Counted from the stretch's first letter, positions 37,782-52,194 are shown. The stretch: 64,000 bases of DNA from Lingula anatina (GCA_051362555.1 CM120647.1:7316001-7380000), one strand, 5' to 3'. The notes: generated from the sequence alone by a model not told the origin. Numbers and translations: made by a program.

Positions 37782-40700
37782 TTAGTCATTCATGACATTA
37801 ATCTATGAAAATATTTAAAGCATTAATTGTCCAAAAAATGTTGATTAAATTCATTTGTGTGGCGACCTCAATAACCCATGCTAAAATCAGGCAGCATGAT
37901 GCCCCGCCTACTACAAGCTGTAAGGGGGTAATTAACTTTCGTGCCCGCTCGGCTGACAGCTATTTAGCGTGAACCCCCAGGGAGTTAAGTCGATCTAAAG
38001 TAGATCGACCTAATCTCTGGAAATGGGGTCTAAGATTTCCAAACAACCTTTTAGGCCTCCTTTAATCACCCAAACCAAGTCCTATTTATACTCTTCTCTA
38101 CATTACATGTCTTATTAAAGTATTACCTATTGATTATAACCTTCACGTCTTATCAACCCTCACGAGACAAGACTCATGAGATGCGAGCATCATCTAAGGC
38201 ATGATACATCCTAAAGGGGAGCCAGAGCGTCCCTTACAGTACGATGGGTCCGCCTGATTCACTGAAGACATGGACCTCATCTGCATCCAAAGGACGTTTG
38301 TGATCCAACGGTATAAATTTAAAGGCATAGGCCTACATTGTGTGATAGCGCGCAAGAAAACGCAGTAGATACTCCAGCGCAGTAGACTACTGCAATCATA
38401 CTGCAAACCGCAGTAGACTACTGCAATCATACTGCAAACATGCTTCAAATCTGCTTCAATTTGGGAGCTAATTAGCATATTTGAAACATGCTTCTATCAT
38501 GCTGCTAATCTACTGCATTAATGCTCCTCCTCTGTACAACCCTATGTAATTTTTGCAGTAGAATTGCAGTAGGCTATGCTGCATTTCTACTGCAAATATG
38601 CTCCACACCACTACTGCGTTAATGCTTTTTTGCTACTTCGATACTACTGCATTTTCGTGCGGGAGATATGTTGGTTTAAAAAATCTAGACAGTTTTTACG
38701 TGTTTTTTTTCTTACATCACAGTGGCCTCAAGTAGAATGGATGGGCCGAGTACTTACTGATCCGTCAACTTCAAAAGCGATTCCGCTGATTCCCGATGGT
38801 CACCCAGCCTCCACACGCGCCATTAAACGGATTAAATCTCGGCTCCGAGATTTAATTACTAGGCCCCTGCAGCCACTGAGAGTGTGGAGGCGGGGAGACT
38901 ATCATGGAATTAGCGGCATCGCTTTTGAAGAGGGTGTCGGCCATATTTAGGACACGTTTAATGACTGTAATTCTGTATTGAAATTTCCATGAAAATTCAA
39001 TATTTGCTTTGTAAAGGTATAGCAACATTTAATAGAAAGTGTAAAGGGATAACAACTTTTCTATGAAATTCAACCTTTCACAATAAATACATTGTAGACA
39101 ACACATGGAAATATAGCAAATTCCCTTTAACCACCAAAACGGTTATCCCATTCATTCTGAAGTCTGAGCTTCCCATCGTACCACGTGGAATTGCATGCAC
39201 GGTTACCCTCCGTAGTACTCCCTTAATAGATTAAAAAAGAACACTTTAAAGAAAAAAAAACAATTGCAATCGACTTCATTAAAATAGGAAAGTATGGGAA
39301 AATGGTCGTTTACCCCAGAAAAATTGGCTTTCGGCATTTTTCCTATCCCCGCCAAATAAAGAGTTGTTATCCATTTAAACAAGTAAGGCATATTAATACA
39401 TTCATTTCATACGTTCAATGCTTACGTCGTGCTTATTTCCTTGACATCGCATTTCTTTCTGGAAGTCTATGACAGCGGAGAAACCAAGTGAATCGAATGT
39501 CTTGAGATCACTTGCCTCTGAAAAAAGAACATACTGTTAGTGCTCATTTCCAATGAAACTATCAGTCTACGGAAATCGATGCAACTTCGCAGGGACTCTC
39601 ACTGAATGCAACGAAATTTGAAGATTTCCACTCCTCCTGTTGCTTCCGACGTACTAGTATAATCACCAATTTTTCTGTATAAAACTCAGGAGGAGGCTTG
39701 TAATCTTTTAAACTGATTGCATTCATCGAAAATCCCTGCGTTGTTGGATCGATCTATGCAGACCGACAGTTTCAATATGAACGAGTCCTTAAATACCCAC
39801 AGAGAGTCAGATATGCTTCTTCTACGGATTCTCAAACAATGAAACAATGCATTATGTGAACTTAAGTTTTATGAATTTAGCATAAGTAGGAAAATGTAGA
39901 AAGAACCTGGTCTGCCATTAAGATGAACGTATTAAGGCAACGTTTCATACCTTTTTTATTACAAAAAACACAGAAAAAATGACAAAAACGCGAATTTAGC
40001 CTCCCTTTCCCTTTAATAAGTAGATTGAATATACACAAGGTAAAACAAATGGATCATTTCATGCAATTTTAGGAGCCCCCCCCCCCCCCCCAGTTTAAAA
40101 TTAAGGCAAAACCTATATCGTTTTCGACATACCGTGTTCATTACATTCTTGAATTTCTACCCCTATGGCACTGGACAGTTGACACAGCCAACAAAAAACG
40201 TTTCGTCCAAAGCCGTATCCCAAAAGAGATTGGTAATAGGTTATGGACACAGGCTTCGTCTGGCAAAGTGTGACTAGGTCTTTGTCAGCATAAAGACTGC
40301 ATCGGTCGTCTTCCAGGCCTCTTACGGGGTCATGACTCCCCCCCGGACCGATGCAAGGACGCCCTGGATAACGCTCCGGGGGTTCAAATAGCATCATACA
40401 ATCGGGAAACGAGAAAACCTTTTCTAGAATTCCCGACGAAGTTGTTGCATTCACAAACGTTTCAAATTGGGTTTCTTCGCAGACTAATTTCGGCGTCCAC
40501 GCTTGGAAATTCACGACGCCATGACAGGCTGCACAATAGATATTCTTAAAAGTGATATTGTGCTCTTTTGACGAGACAGGTAAAAGAACGTCCATTTTGG
40601 TGGAGAGGCCGCTAAACTCACACTTCGCCCTAACTGCTGCGTCGGTCCATTGCTGCGGACACGACTTAACGACCCAGTAGTACTTGCTGTAAACGTCAAA

Positions 40701-41357
40701 AACTTCTCTAGTGCCCTGTAACCAACACTCCGTGTGATTTGGCTCAATTGAAATTACTGTTAGCTTTATGTCTCTGCAGTAACGATCGAGTGGCCAGCAA
40801 CAATCATCAAAAATAGAACAAACGTCGTCACAGTAGCACGTCACCCGTATTACATCATAGGACAAGACACTGTGCGTTGTACTGCCCTCCCTAAGGACGC
40901 AAAATGGTCGATTCACGGGGTAAGTGAACTGCAGCATTTCAGCCAACGGGCTTACTGTTGTTGGTAAATCGACTAGATATAATGGCGATGGAATATCTGA
41001 ACGATTCTCAACCCTTATCCCACTAAAAGATTCTGATGCCGATGTGCGGTTGTGCCAGGAAAGGGTTCCAGTCAAAGTGGAGGTTTCATTTATTCCTCGA
41101 AATTCCTTCTTGCTTTCTGCGTTGTTCCTCCTAAAACGTTTTTTCACGTTTGACTTCTCGCTTTTGCTTGAGATAAGTTTCTCTCCATCAGTTTCCGACA
41201 TATTTTTGTGAGAATCTGCATCTGGTAAAAGTTTCCTATCTCCACCCAAAATCGCCAATAAAACACCTTTTGCTCTTTGATTCATCAAGTTAGGCCGTAA
41301 AAAATACTGGTTCCAGGTAATAAAGAAAATAACTAAAGTAAATAATGGGAAGTTCAT
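36007..41357 (-). CDS. Secreted, possibly GPI-anchored somatomedin-B-like/Cys-rich protein, copy 1 (3 coding exons, about 633 aa)
   Basis: Exons 41357-40133, 39517-39426 and 36591-36007 (phases 1 then 0). Signal-like MNFPLFTLVIFFITW, furin-like KKRFRR, SMB-type CYCDDVCSIFDDCC, Cys-rich module VVKSCP..CE..PVS....TFKNIYCAACHG..W...C..RPC..RNVFCWLC, FSAVIDF, and a hydrophobic C-terminus LVLNLLVVLACLFPKLIL*. Confidence 0.8.
36833..37547. mobile_element. Degenerate Harbinger-like MITE (TAA flanks) with a nested CCGGTGT...ACACCGG element (about 36904-37407)
   Basis: Imperfect TIRs GGGTGCATTCCTATAGATT..AGATCG / CGATCTAATCTCTGGGAATGGTGTC. The right arm is repeated at about 37903-38030. Absent from the copy-2 intron (about 54355). 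Confidence 0.5.
38349..38663. mobile_element. CACTA/EnSpm-like MITE
   Basis: Termini CGCGCAAGAAAACGCAGTAG / CTACTGCATTTTCGTGCGGG, AG 2-bp TSD, many GCAGTAG/CTACTGC subterminal repeats. Confidence 0.65.
38745..38955. mobile_element. Palindromic MITE remnant related to 28185-28410 and 52699-52982
   Basis: Inverted arms TTCAAAAGCGAT.CCGCT.ATTCC (about 38770-38805 vs 38893-38929). Shares CCATATTTAGG and an internal GAGATTTAATTAC core. Confidence 0.5.
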
Positions 41358-41422
41358 GCTGAACACTTTGTCTGCCTTTCTGACAATTCCTTAAATGAGC
41401 AGTGTTTGGCTTTCTCTCTTTC

Positions 41423-41425
<3 letters not shown>

Positions 41426-41507
<82 letters not shown>
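41426..41507. repeat. (TA)n microsatellite just upstream of the copy-1 ATG
   Basis: Direct reading. Other microsatellites: (TA)n 35450-35505 and 37719-37777; (GA)n 1277-1305 and 9434-9480; (CT)n 33457-33490. Confidence 0.95.
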
Positions 41508-41511
<4 letters not shown>

Positions 41512-41606
41512 CAACCAGCTCAGGGATATATCTCAGGTGCCGCCTTGTATTTATTTTGCTCAGTGCGTCACTGGTCTCCCTAACATGTGAAAAAACTAGG
41601 AGCTAC

Positions 41607-41616
41607 AGCCAATCAG
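41607..41616 (+). promoter_or_regulatory. NF-Y CCAAT box upstream of SMB gene copy 1
   Basis: AGCCAATCAG, conserved in all three paralogs. Confidence 0.5.
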
Positions 41617-44600
41617 GAAGTTTTTCTATTAACATTGGTTTTAGATTGATGTTTTTCTCCACACAAAGACGGGGCTTCTAAAAGTAAGTATACGTTGCAC
41701 CTTAGATCACAGCATTAAATGCAACAGCATGCGTTGCATCTTTACAAGACAATGACAGCATTGTTTTTTTTTTTTAATCCAATCCATATATATGCACATT
41801 TTGGTTGGTATGTTTATGGAATATCACCATTGCCTGCTCTCTGACTTAATCAATTAATTGTGAAGATGCTTCAATAGGCCTACTGGCAAGTAAAATTTTC
41901 AACTAGCCAATCATACAGGGCAAAATGCCTGATATCTAGAACACATATGCTGAAATGAACAAATCCAGCCACGAATTAAGTACCCAACGTAAAATTACGT
42001 GCCAATTGCACAGCGTTTCATTACACAAACCGTTTGTCCGCCTATCTACCCCTTCGGTGAGTTCTAGGATTTGAGTGTGAATGGTTGCAAAGTAAAAGAG
42101 ATTATTGTAGACTACAGAATTAATCAAATGAAATAAAACTTGCGGTGAAATTGTTATATAAGTCTGTATTTTCGATTAATTGGGTGTTCAACAGGTACAT
42201 CGGTCTCATCTGAAGTGGTAAACAACGAAACTACTAAAACGACAAGACTACGAATGCACTTTTTGAAGGGATGACAGCTCTTCGATTGAGATCTATATTT
42301 CACAATAAAAACATTTTTAAAAAACTCACAGAAATACAGAAAAAACCTACGGCGGTTACCACATTTTCTGGAATCTGTGCTTGCCATCGGACCACGTGAC
42401 CTCCAAGGATGCGTAGATGTAGTAACTGATTATATTAAAAAAGCCTAACTTTAGGAAAAAAATTGCATCATTTTGCTCGTTAGCAGTGAAAGGATAAAAA
42501 CGGATGCCTTATCAAATAATTTCGAATGATCAAAGAATGTTGAATAACAACTCGATGAAGCTAAAGATTGTTATTACGTGACGCAAGGGACACTGTAAAA
42601 AGTAGCATCGGGTTCCTGCGTGCAGCGCAAAACGTCATTATGCGCAAAGAAAAGATCCATCCACTTGTTATAATTCAACCACAGTCTTCTCAATGTGGTT
42701 CAGGTTTTACCGTTTTCCAAATCTAAGGCACAATAGAATACATCACAGGCATATCGCGTTTGCAACCGTAGACGCAGAGATTCATCAATTAGCCCTTAAA
42801 TATCACTGATCAAAAACTCTGAAAAAAGGAAACGAAAATAAAGGAAGCTGCAACACACATGAAATATGCGGTTATTTCTATGTTCACTGCCAACGGATGA
42901 ATTGACAGATGAAATGATGTACTGAAAGGCGATCCACGTGATTTCAGTATTTTGGAATGCCCCCATCTGGTGTCCAGCAAATAAATTTTCTGTGGACCCT
43001 TTGCAACTTCGTACCCCCATTTGAAAAAGAATGCCAGTCATTCTAACCAGCAGACAAGTGCAACAATGTGACGGTTCACAAAAGTTTACCTTATTGGGCT
43101 GAAATACTTGCCTGAGGACCTCTTTAACTTCTTCCAAATGATAAGCCCAAAATCGTATTTCAAGGGATTTATGCCTGATTATCGTTTTTCCAGTTTTCGA
43201 AGCAGATTTTCTGCAGCAAACATGCAAATCATTTATTTTCTCCTCATCTACTTATATATTTACAATATTCATACATGATGCATTTTGTTGATAAATATGA
43301 CCCTTCATAAGACATTCAATCAAAAAATACAACCCGCCTTGTTTGCACTGTACCCACTTTTTGCACCCCATCAAACCATGTTTGAATATGGTGACTTTCA
43401 AAGGTCCATATACGCGCTAGTAGAAGTCCTGTGGCTGTCAAACTATAGGTTTGGTAAGGAACATTAGGAAGATAAAATACAAAAGAGATCCTAGTGGCCT
43501 TTTATTAAAGTTGACGATACATCTATGTCTTCAAATGTATAAATTTAGATGGGTGTTGCTCTTGTCTTGGCCAGTAATACCTGCTCATTCCCTTTTATCA
43601 CGGCACAATATGACTAACAAGAGTACATGTAGGTAATTACCCTCTTACAGAGATTTTAACCCTTATACTCATGCGCTGGTGATTTGTGAAATTTGTGCAG
43701 CGTTGATCACGACATTTTAATGGTTGAGGATTAAAACGTTTTTCAACCTGCAAGTTTTCTCAAGTTTCTACCCTTTGCTCAAAAAATAAAACATTTGTGT
43801 CACCCCTTCTCAATAATAACAGTCAATTTTTAGATGCCGAAAAGAAAACAAACATCGGATAAATCACATCGGTCATTTAAAACATAAATAATAAATTAGA
43901 ATTCGAATAAGACTTCAAATATAAGTGTAGGAACGGGCCAACCAATAATTTTCAATGCTGTTCTTTATCCCAGGAAAATTCTTTGTGGCTGGAAAGTCCC
44001 GTGGAGAACTCCTTTAAAGACACATATGGACCCAGCGTCAGTGGAGCGTGGATTCCCAGTAATGCATATAAACCACTTATACTAGTATTTTGTACAACTC
44101 AAATAAGTTCGATATGCCAAAGGATAAACCAAATTAATCACTCTATCAACCATAAAAGAGCTTTAAACTGTTCCTTTCTATAAATTTGGTCGTAAATTTA
44201 ACCTACTTATCTGACCTGCTGATTGGTCCAATTTATATACAGCTAAGAAAGGTACATGTTGCAGAAAAATCCCTTCAAAAATCATTTTTCGGGTAATATT
44301 AAACAATGTCTTTTGGTACTTCAATTATTTATACTATTTGAAACTATATGCTGGCATTTGGTTGGCTTTAGTAACAAAAATGACTTCTTATGCATCATTT
44401 ATTATCTAATTTTTATATATAAGTACATGTGCATATATACCTGCAGATATAGATTTTATTTATCTGTTCACAATTGTGTGTTCTTTCATCCCTAGAAATA
44501 TATTAACATATCCATACCTTGCAGAAATATGGTTTTACAAATGCCACCTACTATATATCATATCTTAAATACATTATTATTTAATATATTTCTATTAAAA

Positions 44601-44895
44601 TGTTTTATTAAACAATAGTGATTAAAAATGTCAAAAATTAAACTACAGTTTGGTTTGAATACAGAAGATGCTTTTGAAAATATCACAAATGATGAAATTA
44701 TCTGCGAAACGATATCCGCATATTCACCACAGTGAGTGAGAAGCAAAAGACGAAAGATGAGGAAAGTAAAAATACGAAAAAAAGAAAAGACGGACAGGCA
44801 GACCGGCAGATAGATAGATAAACAGATAGATAGCTAAAATATAAGCTTTTATGTGATAAAGATATTTCATAGATCCAATGAACGTATAGTCTATT

Positions 44896-45150
44896 CTGGT
44901 GTAACGTGTCAGAGTTCCCCATGATTAAGAGTCCGCCTCCCATACATTTGTACAGGTAAGGCTCGCCCTAGATTTTGACCAACCTACGTCAGGCTAACCC
45001 TAACCATTATAACTAAATAATATCAGCCCCGCTTCCCATTCATCTGTACAGGTAAGGCTCGCCCTAGATTTTCATCAACCATTTTCATAAATATTTTGAG
45101 CGAGGTATGTCAGGCTGGTGCTTACGACCGGGTCCGGTACCACATTGGGA
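44896..45150. mobile_element. Non-autonomous element with an internal 96-bp tandem unit containing CTAACCCTAACC
   Basis: Starts CTGGTGTAACG. Units begin at 44949 and 45045. Same family as 2549-2714 and about 62076-62545. Confidence 0.5.
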
Positions 45151-46278
45151 TATTTCGTGAAAATAATTGGAAGGAAATCCCGAACCAGACCTTGGTAGAA
45201 AAGAACAGTCCCATTCACGTTTGGTGTGTTCTCAGGTGGACCTGTAAAAGAATCGTCACTTATTGAAGAGATGACAACTCTTCGTATGAGATCCATATTT
45301 TACAATAAATGCATAGTAAACTACAGATAGAAAGAGAATAAATTCCATTTTCCCACAAAATGGAAGGATATCGCAATTATTCTGAAATCTGTGGTTGTCA
45401 TTGGACTTCGTGACCTACATACATGGTAACCCTCTCTTTAAAAATTTCACCATTGGAATGGATTCATTAGTCATTGGTAACTAAAAGGAAAACTGTGGTT
45501 TACCCCAGGGAAATTCTCTTTTTATTTTTGTCAAAATGAACATTTGTTATCCCTTAATAAACAGTGCAAAGAAATCAAGGGTTAAGACTGCATGCACGCC
45601 TCAGACTAATTACATTTCAGTACTATTACAAATATCTTAAATAATGACATTCATATCAACACCAATTCTTTTTTACATGATGCATTTTACTGGGAATTTG
45701 AGTTGATAATTTTAATAATTTTTTACAGGTTTGCTCCTGATCATAAACTGATTTTAACTATGGCATAGCGACGGACAGAATATTCTCATGGTTTGTATCT
45801 TCACTGATGATGCTTTCAGACTCATGCTTCTCAGGTCTAACACTGAGCTATGTAATTGATGATACCATGTCTGCCGAATGATATATTTTATTAATTGTCC
45901 ATATTATGCTCACCTTTTGTAATTTAATATGAACCGTCTTGCTACCTTACTTAAGGTCTGTGCTTGTGCACTTTGGCCTATTTTCATGCAATAAATGATT
46001 TTTAGATTAAGAAATGAAATTAAAACTTTGACGTTTTTGAATCCATTACATTGACATATTATGAAGAAACACATGTACCATACTGTTTTGCTTGGCATTT
46101 TATTTAACATTACAAGCGTATGAATATTAATGTTTTATTTTCTGCTTTCTTATAATTAATCGTTGTTGTAGTAATTATCCAGATAAAGTAACCTGAAGAA
46201 AAAAATACAGGTATTCATAATTTTCAAGGTGTGGTTTCTCCTTGTTGCAGAAATTACTGGATATTATTATCTGCACTT

Positions 46279-47510
46279 AAGACTTGGCCAGTTTGGTTCA
46301 GTTTTGTTGTAGGACATACAGGCCGTTGATACAGCGAATAATGACCTAGCCACATATTGTCTCTGTGGTTCAAATACGGCGATTTTGATGACCAAGGTAG
46401 CTGCTCATTCCCTTGGTTCTGTAAGTTATCTGCTATTAAAAGTGCTCTGTGTGAACCGGCAATCTCATCGTGCAACCTAAAATTGTTCCTAAGGTGCCCC
46501 CTATCAAATGATGGTCAAGTGGTTCCCAGAGTATTCCTCTTTGATCTGGTTCAGGTTTTCATCGATGACTTCCATTAGTGTTTTGGCACCAATGTGGTAT
46601 CCACTCCAAATAGTGATGCTTCCAATGACCCTAGTCACTTAAAAAGTGGCACACGTGTTGTCGTAGGCCTCTTCAGGATGTCTGTAAACTCTGTTTTGAC
46701 CATTTTAGCGGTACGGGTGAAATCTGACTTCAATAAAGAAAGGCACGCGATTTCAGTGTTCTACCCAAAAATGGTCAGGGTCCCCAATTCATTAGAGAAA
46801 CAGACTACGCTGTTTAGCTGTTTACAGTGGCTTCCTCAGAGGTCGCCTGATATCCTAACCTGCTGAAACCATTTTGGTGTTCGCTAAGAGCCTTGAAAAA
46901 ACGCGTTTTGGTGACAATTTGCCCCTCATTCAAAACGGACTGGATGGTTTCGGTTTAATTGCAGCAGCATATCCTGAAGGACAGTGAGTCCTGTAACCTG
47001 GTGGTAAGATGTCGATACATTGGGCGTGGTCTCTGTGTAGGTGCATCAGTCTGGGCATAACCCTATAAAACTGTGCAGACCATTCCGTTTGACACAATAA
47101 TCTGTCTGGCAATGTCTGTCTTTTTCGCGCCATTGTGGCACAGCTCAACAATTTTAAAAAACACTGCTTAATTCATTTTACGCACTGCAAAACAGACCGT
47201 TTGCATGCAAAATTTCAAATTCTTCGATACAGTAGTTGCCGACATATGGATACTTTTTTTGACAGAACCATGCTTCATCAAAGCCAAGCTTTGACCAGCC
47301 CAAAGGGGCACCAGACAATTAAATCACTGCATATTACACAATGCAGCAGTGCAACAGACTTGGTAGTCAGTTAATTGGTAGCGACACACCTGACTTCATA
47401 CTTCTCCAGTCAGATATCTTATGTGAGATCTGAGTTTTTTGAAAAAAGAAGGCATTTTTACCTAGGTATACCTTTAAAACTGAAATATTCCATATTAAAT
47501 GTCAAGTCTG
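46279..47510 (-). mobile_element. Degenerate Tc1/mariner transposon
   Basis: Minus-strand HTH-like GAKKTDIARQIIVSNGMV...TQRPRP...TTRLQD (about 47130-46985). DDE-region MHDEIAGSHRA...LPWSSKSPYLNHRDNMW resembles the Tc1 WPxxSPDLNPIENxW motif. TA-CAG terminus at 47512-47508. Stops and frameshifts present. Confidence 0.8.
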
Positions 47511-47762
47511 TACAACAATTTGAACCTGAATTAAAGTTGAAATGTAAATTTATTTTGAGATTTTTTTTGATTATTTTATTTTTATAAAATCAAAAAACAA
47601 TTCACCGAGAACTTTGAGTGAATCATCAACTGGGTCTCAGGGAAGCCAGAAATCTAAAGGTCAAAGTCAAGATAAAGGTCATGATAAGGTTAAAGGTCAG
47701 CAAAAATCTACAGACCCAAATGCTCCTAAAAAGTCAAAAGCACAGTTAAAGGCAGATAAGAG

Positions 47763-48212
47763 CCCAGAAGGCATAGTGACATTGGATCAACGTTGAAAAC
47801 AGGTTGGGACGTTGAATCGCCGTTGATCTACCTAAATTCAACGTCAAATCAATGTTGATCCAGCCACATCAAAACGCCGTCATAATGTGACGTTGACTCA
47901 AAATTGTATTTTGGTCGCTGACTCAACGTTGTTGTTAGGTCTTCGTGATGCAAGACATGGATCATAATTTAAAATGTTAAATATTTCAAACGTGATACTA
48001 TGTTTATCAATACTGTAACGAACTTTATCAAAATATTAAAAACGGTGCTTTAAAGTAAAAGTGACAGTTGTTTTGTCTCTAGTGAACTAGTGAATTTTCT
48101 TAACTTGTTATTTAGAAATACATTCCAATAAATATCCTCGCAAGGCCAGCTAAAACTAAATAACTAAACCTTGGAAATCCTAACTTAAAAGCCATACATA
48201 TACACCCTACAT
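47763..48212. mobile_element. One end of a CACTA/EnSpm-like element replacing pseudogene intron 1
   Basis: CCCAG start with repeated CAACGTTG/ACGTTGA motifs, interrupting exon-1 homology. The right boundary is approximate. Confidence 0.4.
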
Positions 48213-51200
48213 ATCAGCGTGCTGCCAAAACTTCTATCAAGGAGGGAGGGGCAGGTAAATATTAAATGTAGAGAATTTTTTCTTCAATTTTTAAATATTA
48301 AATGTAGAGAATTTTTTCTTCAATTTTTAAAAATTTAATCTATATAGTTTAATTTATTTATATAGTATGATGGCAGTTAAGCTTATCATATTTTTTTCAA
48401 ATTTTAATTCATTGAAAAGTATGTCTTAGACTGCAGTGTAGTAAAAATTAATGTAATTCAAAAAATAATTTCTTAAAGAAATGTGAAAAAAGTATAATGA
48501 ATATACTAATGTTGATGGTTCAATTCTGTTGAAGGCCAGAAAAAAGAAGGCGGTACAAAGGAAAAATTATCCTTGTCCCTGACCATCTCAAGGTTGACGA
48601 TGCAGCCACACAAAAGAAAGCTGCCAAGAAATTAGAAGGACAACACGGGCCCCAGAGGGCCGCCACTGAGAGGAAAGTGGGTCTGTTCAGGCACCTCCAG
48701 CAGTTTGAGAGAGGCACCTCCCGGACTCAGGCTATTCAGTGAGTATAAGCATGGATACAGTGTAGCGACGTGATCAGAGAGGAACCAATTTAGGCTTGAA
48801 TTCAGGCTAACTTGTGATGATTCATAATATTTATCAGTTTAAGGTGATAGTTTTATATAAGTCACGATTTAAGAATCTTTTCTTTGCCATGAATCTAATT
48901 CTGCATCAAGACTACCAAAAAACTTTTTTCCAAAAATACCAACAACTAGCTTGCTGGGGTAAATATAATTGATGAATTCTGTAAACAGAGTAATATTAAG
49001 ATCTTAAGAGTAATATTATTGTTTTTCTAGATTCTCAAACAATGTTGCTATCCACCCCGCCATCTTAAAGCTGGGCTTACAGTATGTAGAGGGGGTGGTG
49101 TGTGGGTCCAACGCAAGGTGTAAGCAGGTGGGTATGGATTGGGTTTCTCTTGAACAGTGGCTCACTCTTGTTTTTTTTTTCTTTTTTAATATTAATATGA
49201 AATAGATACATGGCAGTACTAGAAATATAAATAAAGCAGAGTGAAATCCCTGATATACCAAAAATGAAAACTCAGATACGTCCTTTATTCACTTTAATGT
49301 GTTAAAAATTATCCAAAAAGATTCCTCTGCATGCATTTATGTTTTACAAATTCTTCACAGGTCATTCGTGACTATACCACACCTCCACAAAAGGAGCCAG
49401 ACAGAGATTTAGATAACAAAATAAAACCATGCATAAGGTAGGACAAGACTGACAGGTCTACTTGCTATATACTACATGCGTTCCTTTGTGTAAGACAATA
49501 ACTACCTTGACTAGGTCACTATTTTCTGTAATTGTTTGATTATTTTCCCCCCGGTTGAACGTTCCGAAATAGACTGAGTCCGACACATATTTTGGCTCTT
49601 TGATTTTCAGTAACTATATTTTCAAAGTCCCACTTAGTTATTATGATTTAAAAAAAGTAAATATTTAATATATTTCTAGCCCAGGTTGGGCTGTTTCAGT
49701 CTCTTTGGGAAATGCTTTCAAAGCTCTCAAGTGGACAGAAAAAAAAAAAAAAATTTTCAGGTAATCTTTTCAGTGTCTGATGCAGTGCCAGCCCATTACA
49801 GCAACATAGTAGTGGAAGGGCTTTAAAGCTATCAAATGGAAAAAATACAATGAATATAAATCTATGGAAAAGTGCAACATTTAAAAAAATCTTATTCTTT
49901 TTTTCAGTGTCTTGGCCCAGTGTCGGCCAATTTCAGTCAGTATGGGGTATGCTATCAAAGCAATCAAGTGGCACATCAACCATTCAACAAGTGAGATGCC
50001 AGACTTGGAGGTGTTTTTTTTCTCTTTTCTAAACAGTTTAAGCTTAAGAACATCCAGGGTCTTAGGACCACCAAGCCATTAATGCCTATAATGTATTTCC
50101 AAACAACCGAAATTCATGTCTGTTTGTGGTCATACAAAAATGTATATGTCTGGATCGCTGCCAGGTTAAAAACTTCTAGGTTACTGGCCATTCAGAGTAC
50201 CAGAAGTCATATAATCTGCTGGCCCAAGTCTGGATTCACTGGTCCAGATATGAATTTCAATAAGACTGGATATTTATGCCTGTTACACTAAAACTTGATT
50301 TTGACAAATATGACTTTTAAATAAGTTGATGCCTCTTATAGGTCTATAATACCGTTTGGCATATTTGGCTTTGAGTCTTTAAGCTTGGGCAATTCATCTT
50401 TGCAAATAAGTTGTGTACTTCAATGTTTGTAATTTCATATTTATGTGATTTATATAGTGTTTGGTAGAAATCTTTTACACAATTTCTCTTAAAAAATGAA
50501 ACTTTAAGGTAAAAAATATGGAAATTGTGAGGAAAATTAAAGATTTTTTCCCCAGGGCAAAAGAAATTTGAATGAAGTAATTGAAGATTTCCTGCAATAA
50601 AAGATAGTTTTAGCTGGAAAAGCCATCTCTCTTACTGCTCTGCAGAAAATCCAAGATGGGGATGTCCTTCTAGTGTTTGGTTGGTGACTGGTGAACACTT
50701 TTTTTAGGTTTGATTATTTTTTAAAAACTTTTTGAACAAACTTTTTCTAAGTTGGGATAGTTATACTAATGGTGAGAGTTTTAATTTTTTTCCTAATAGT
50801 GAAACATATTCAGTTAAAACATGTATGCTAACCATTTGCTTCTCTTTTCAGCTCTTCTTTGGTCCGGAAGATACTCTGCCATGCACACTGCAAAGGAAGA
50901 CAATGTTATCGTCGATGATGGTTGTCCAAAGTTAGAAGGGCGAGAGATGCTCCGTCGCCTTGTTAGACATGGCATTAAGTGTTCCTATGTTCTCATCAAT
51001 ACAGCTTCTTACGTTATAAAGGAGGCCAGTGAGAGGGGTGTTACCAGGATTTGGGGTACGGGGATTCCGAAATGTGGATCATTCTGTAATTTGCTCAATG
51101 ATTTGTAGGGAGGCCAATCCAAGCTTGCCTTACCAATCAAACCCGAAATTTTGTAACCTGTCCAGCCAACTTTGAAAACCAACACCATATCTCATCCTAT

Positions 51201-51490
51201 ACCAATACGATGCCCAATGGATCAACCAACACAATGCACATTGTCTCCTTTAACACAGTGTTCTGTTCTTGGCAAGTGAACTTTGTCTAAGCCTGTGCTA
51301 TGTACACTGGCTCATCAAACACTGCTCACGACATTTTGGGACACTACAGAAATTATTTTATCTGTTTCAGTAAAATGTATCATGTCTTTGTTGAGGAAAT
51401 GATCATGGTTTGCCTTTGTGCATTTAAATACCTCACCTGGCACAAAATAAAATGTTTTGTCTCAACCAACACGGTTCACACTGTCCCCTG

Positions 51491-52194
51491 GCCCCCGTTT
51501 CACAAAGAATCTTAAATCCGTAGTTGACTAGCTCGAGCTGAGTGACCTAGCTAGATCGACTACGCTGCAGTCGACTAGGAGTCTTTCACAAAGAATCTAA
51601 CGTCTTAGCTTGGCGTGCTTATCGTAGTCGACGCGCACGAGAAACTCTTCAAGAAAAGGAAGTGTAAAAGTCGTTTATCAATAATAAAAATATTGTATAC
51701 TAAAAAATCAGCCAAAACACAAACAAAGTTTGTTTTTGAACTTTATTGATTAGTTTAACTTCAATACAACTTCAAAGTAACAGTTAAACATTAGCTTGTC
51801 GTGGAACACTGCTGACGGACGTCTAGCGGTCAAAAACATAAACAAACACGCGATCGGCTGGGTGAAGTGGCATTTTATTTTTTATTTCAATATTCCATAA
51901 ATGTTAGTGCTATTCAAGGATATTATAACACAATATCTTGAAGGATGTATGTTCTTTCCAAATTTTTGTTGTTTATTCTCCCATGTACCGAATTTTAGTT
52001 GAGCTTGCCGACTTAAGTCTACTCCCGAGGAGGCTAGACATCGTCGACTAGCAGGTAAGAAAAAAAAAAAAACGACCTAAGCGACCTTTTAGATTCTTTG
52101 TGAAACGGGACTTAGTGACGTAACGACTTAATTACGTTGGTAACCAAGCTCTTAGTCAGGGAAACCGACTTCAGTTTTTTTGTGAAACGGGGGC
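51491..52194. mobile_element. Harbinger-like non-autonomous DNA transposon, 704 bp
   Basis: 16-bp TIR GCCCCCGTTTCACAAA / TTTGTGAAACGGGGGC with CTG TSD (51488-51490, 52195-52197) and internal subterminal copies. Empty site in functional EIF2B4 intron 8 (about 32916). Confidence 0.85.

Noticed and set aside
42796-43227. 143-aa ORF with a near-identical partner at 59797-60225
   Set aside because: The similarity is explained by the segmental duplication. The N-termini differ by a frameshift, and I see no recognisable domain or convincing splice structure.
44990-45010. Interstitial telomere (CTAACCCTAACC)
   Set aside because: Only about 2 hexamers, always embedded in the 96-bp repeat unit.
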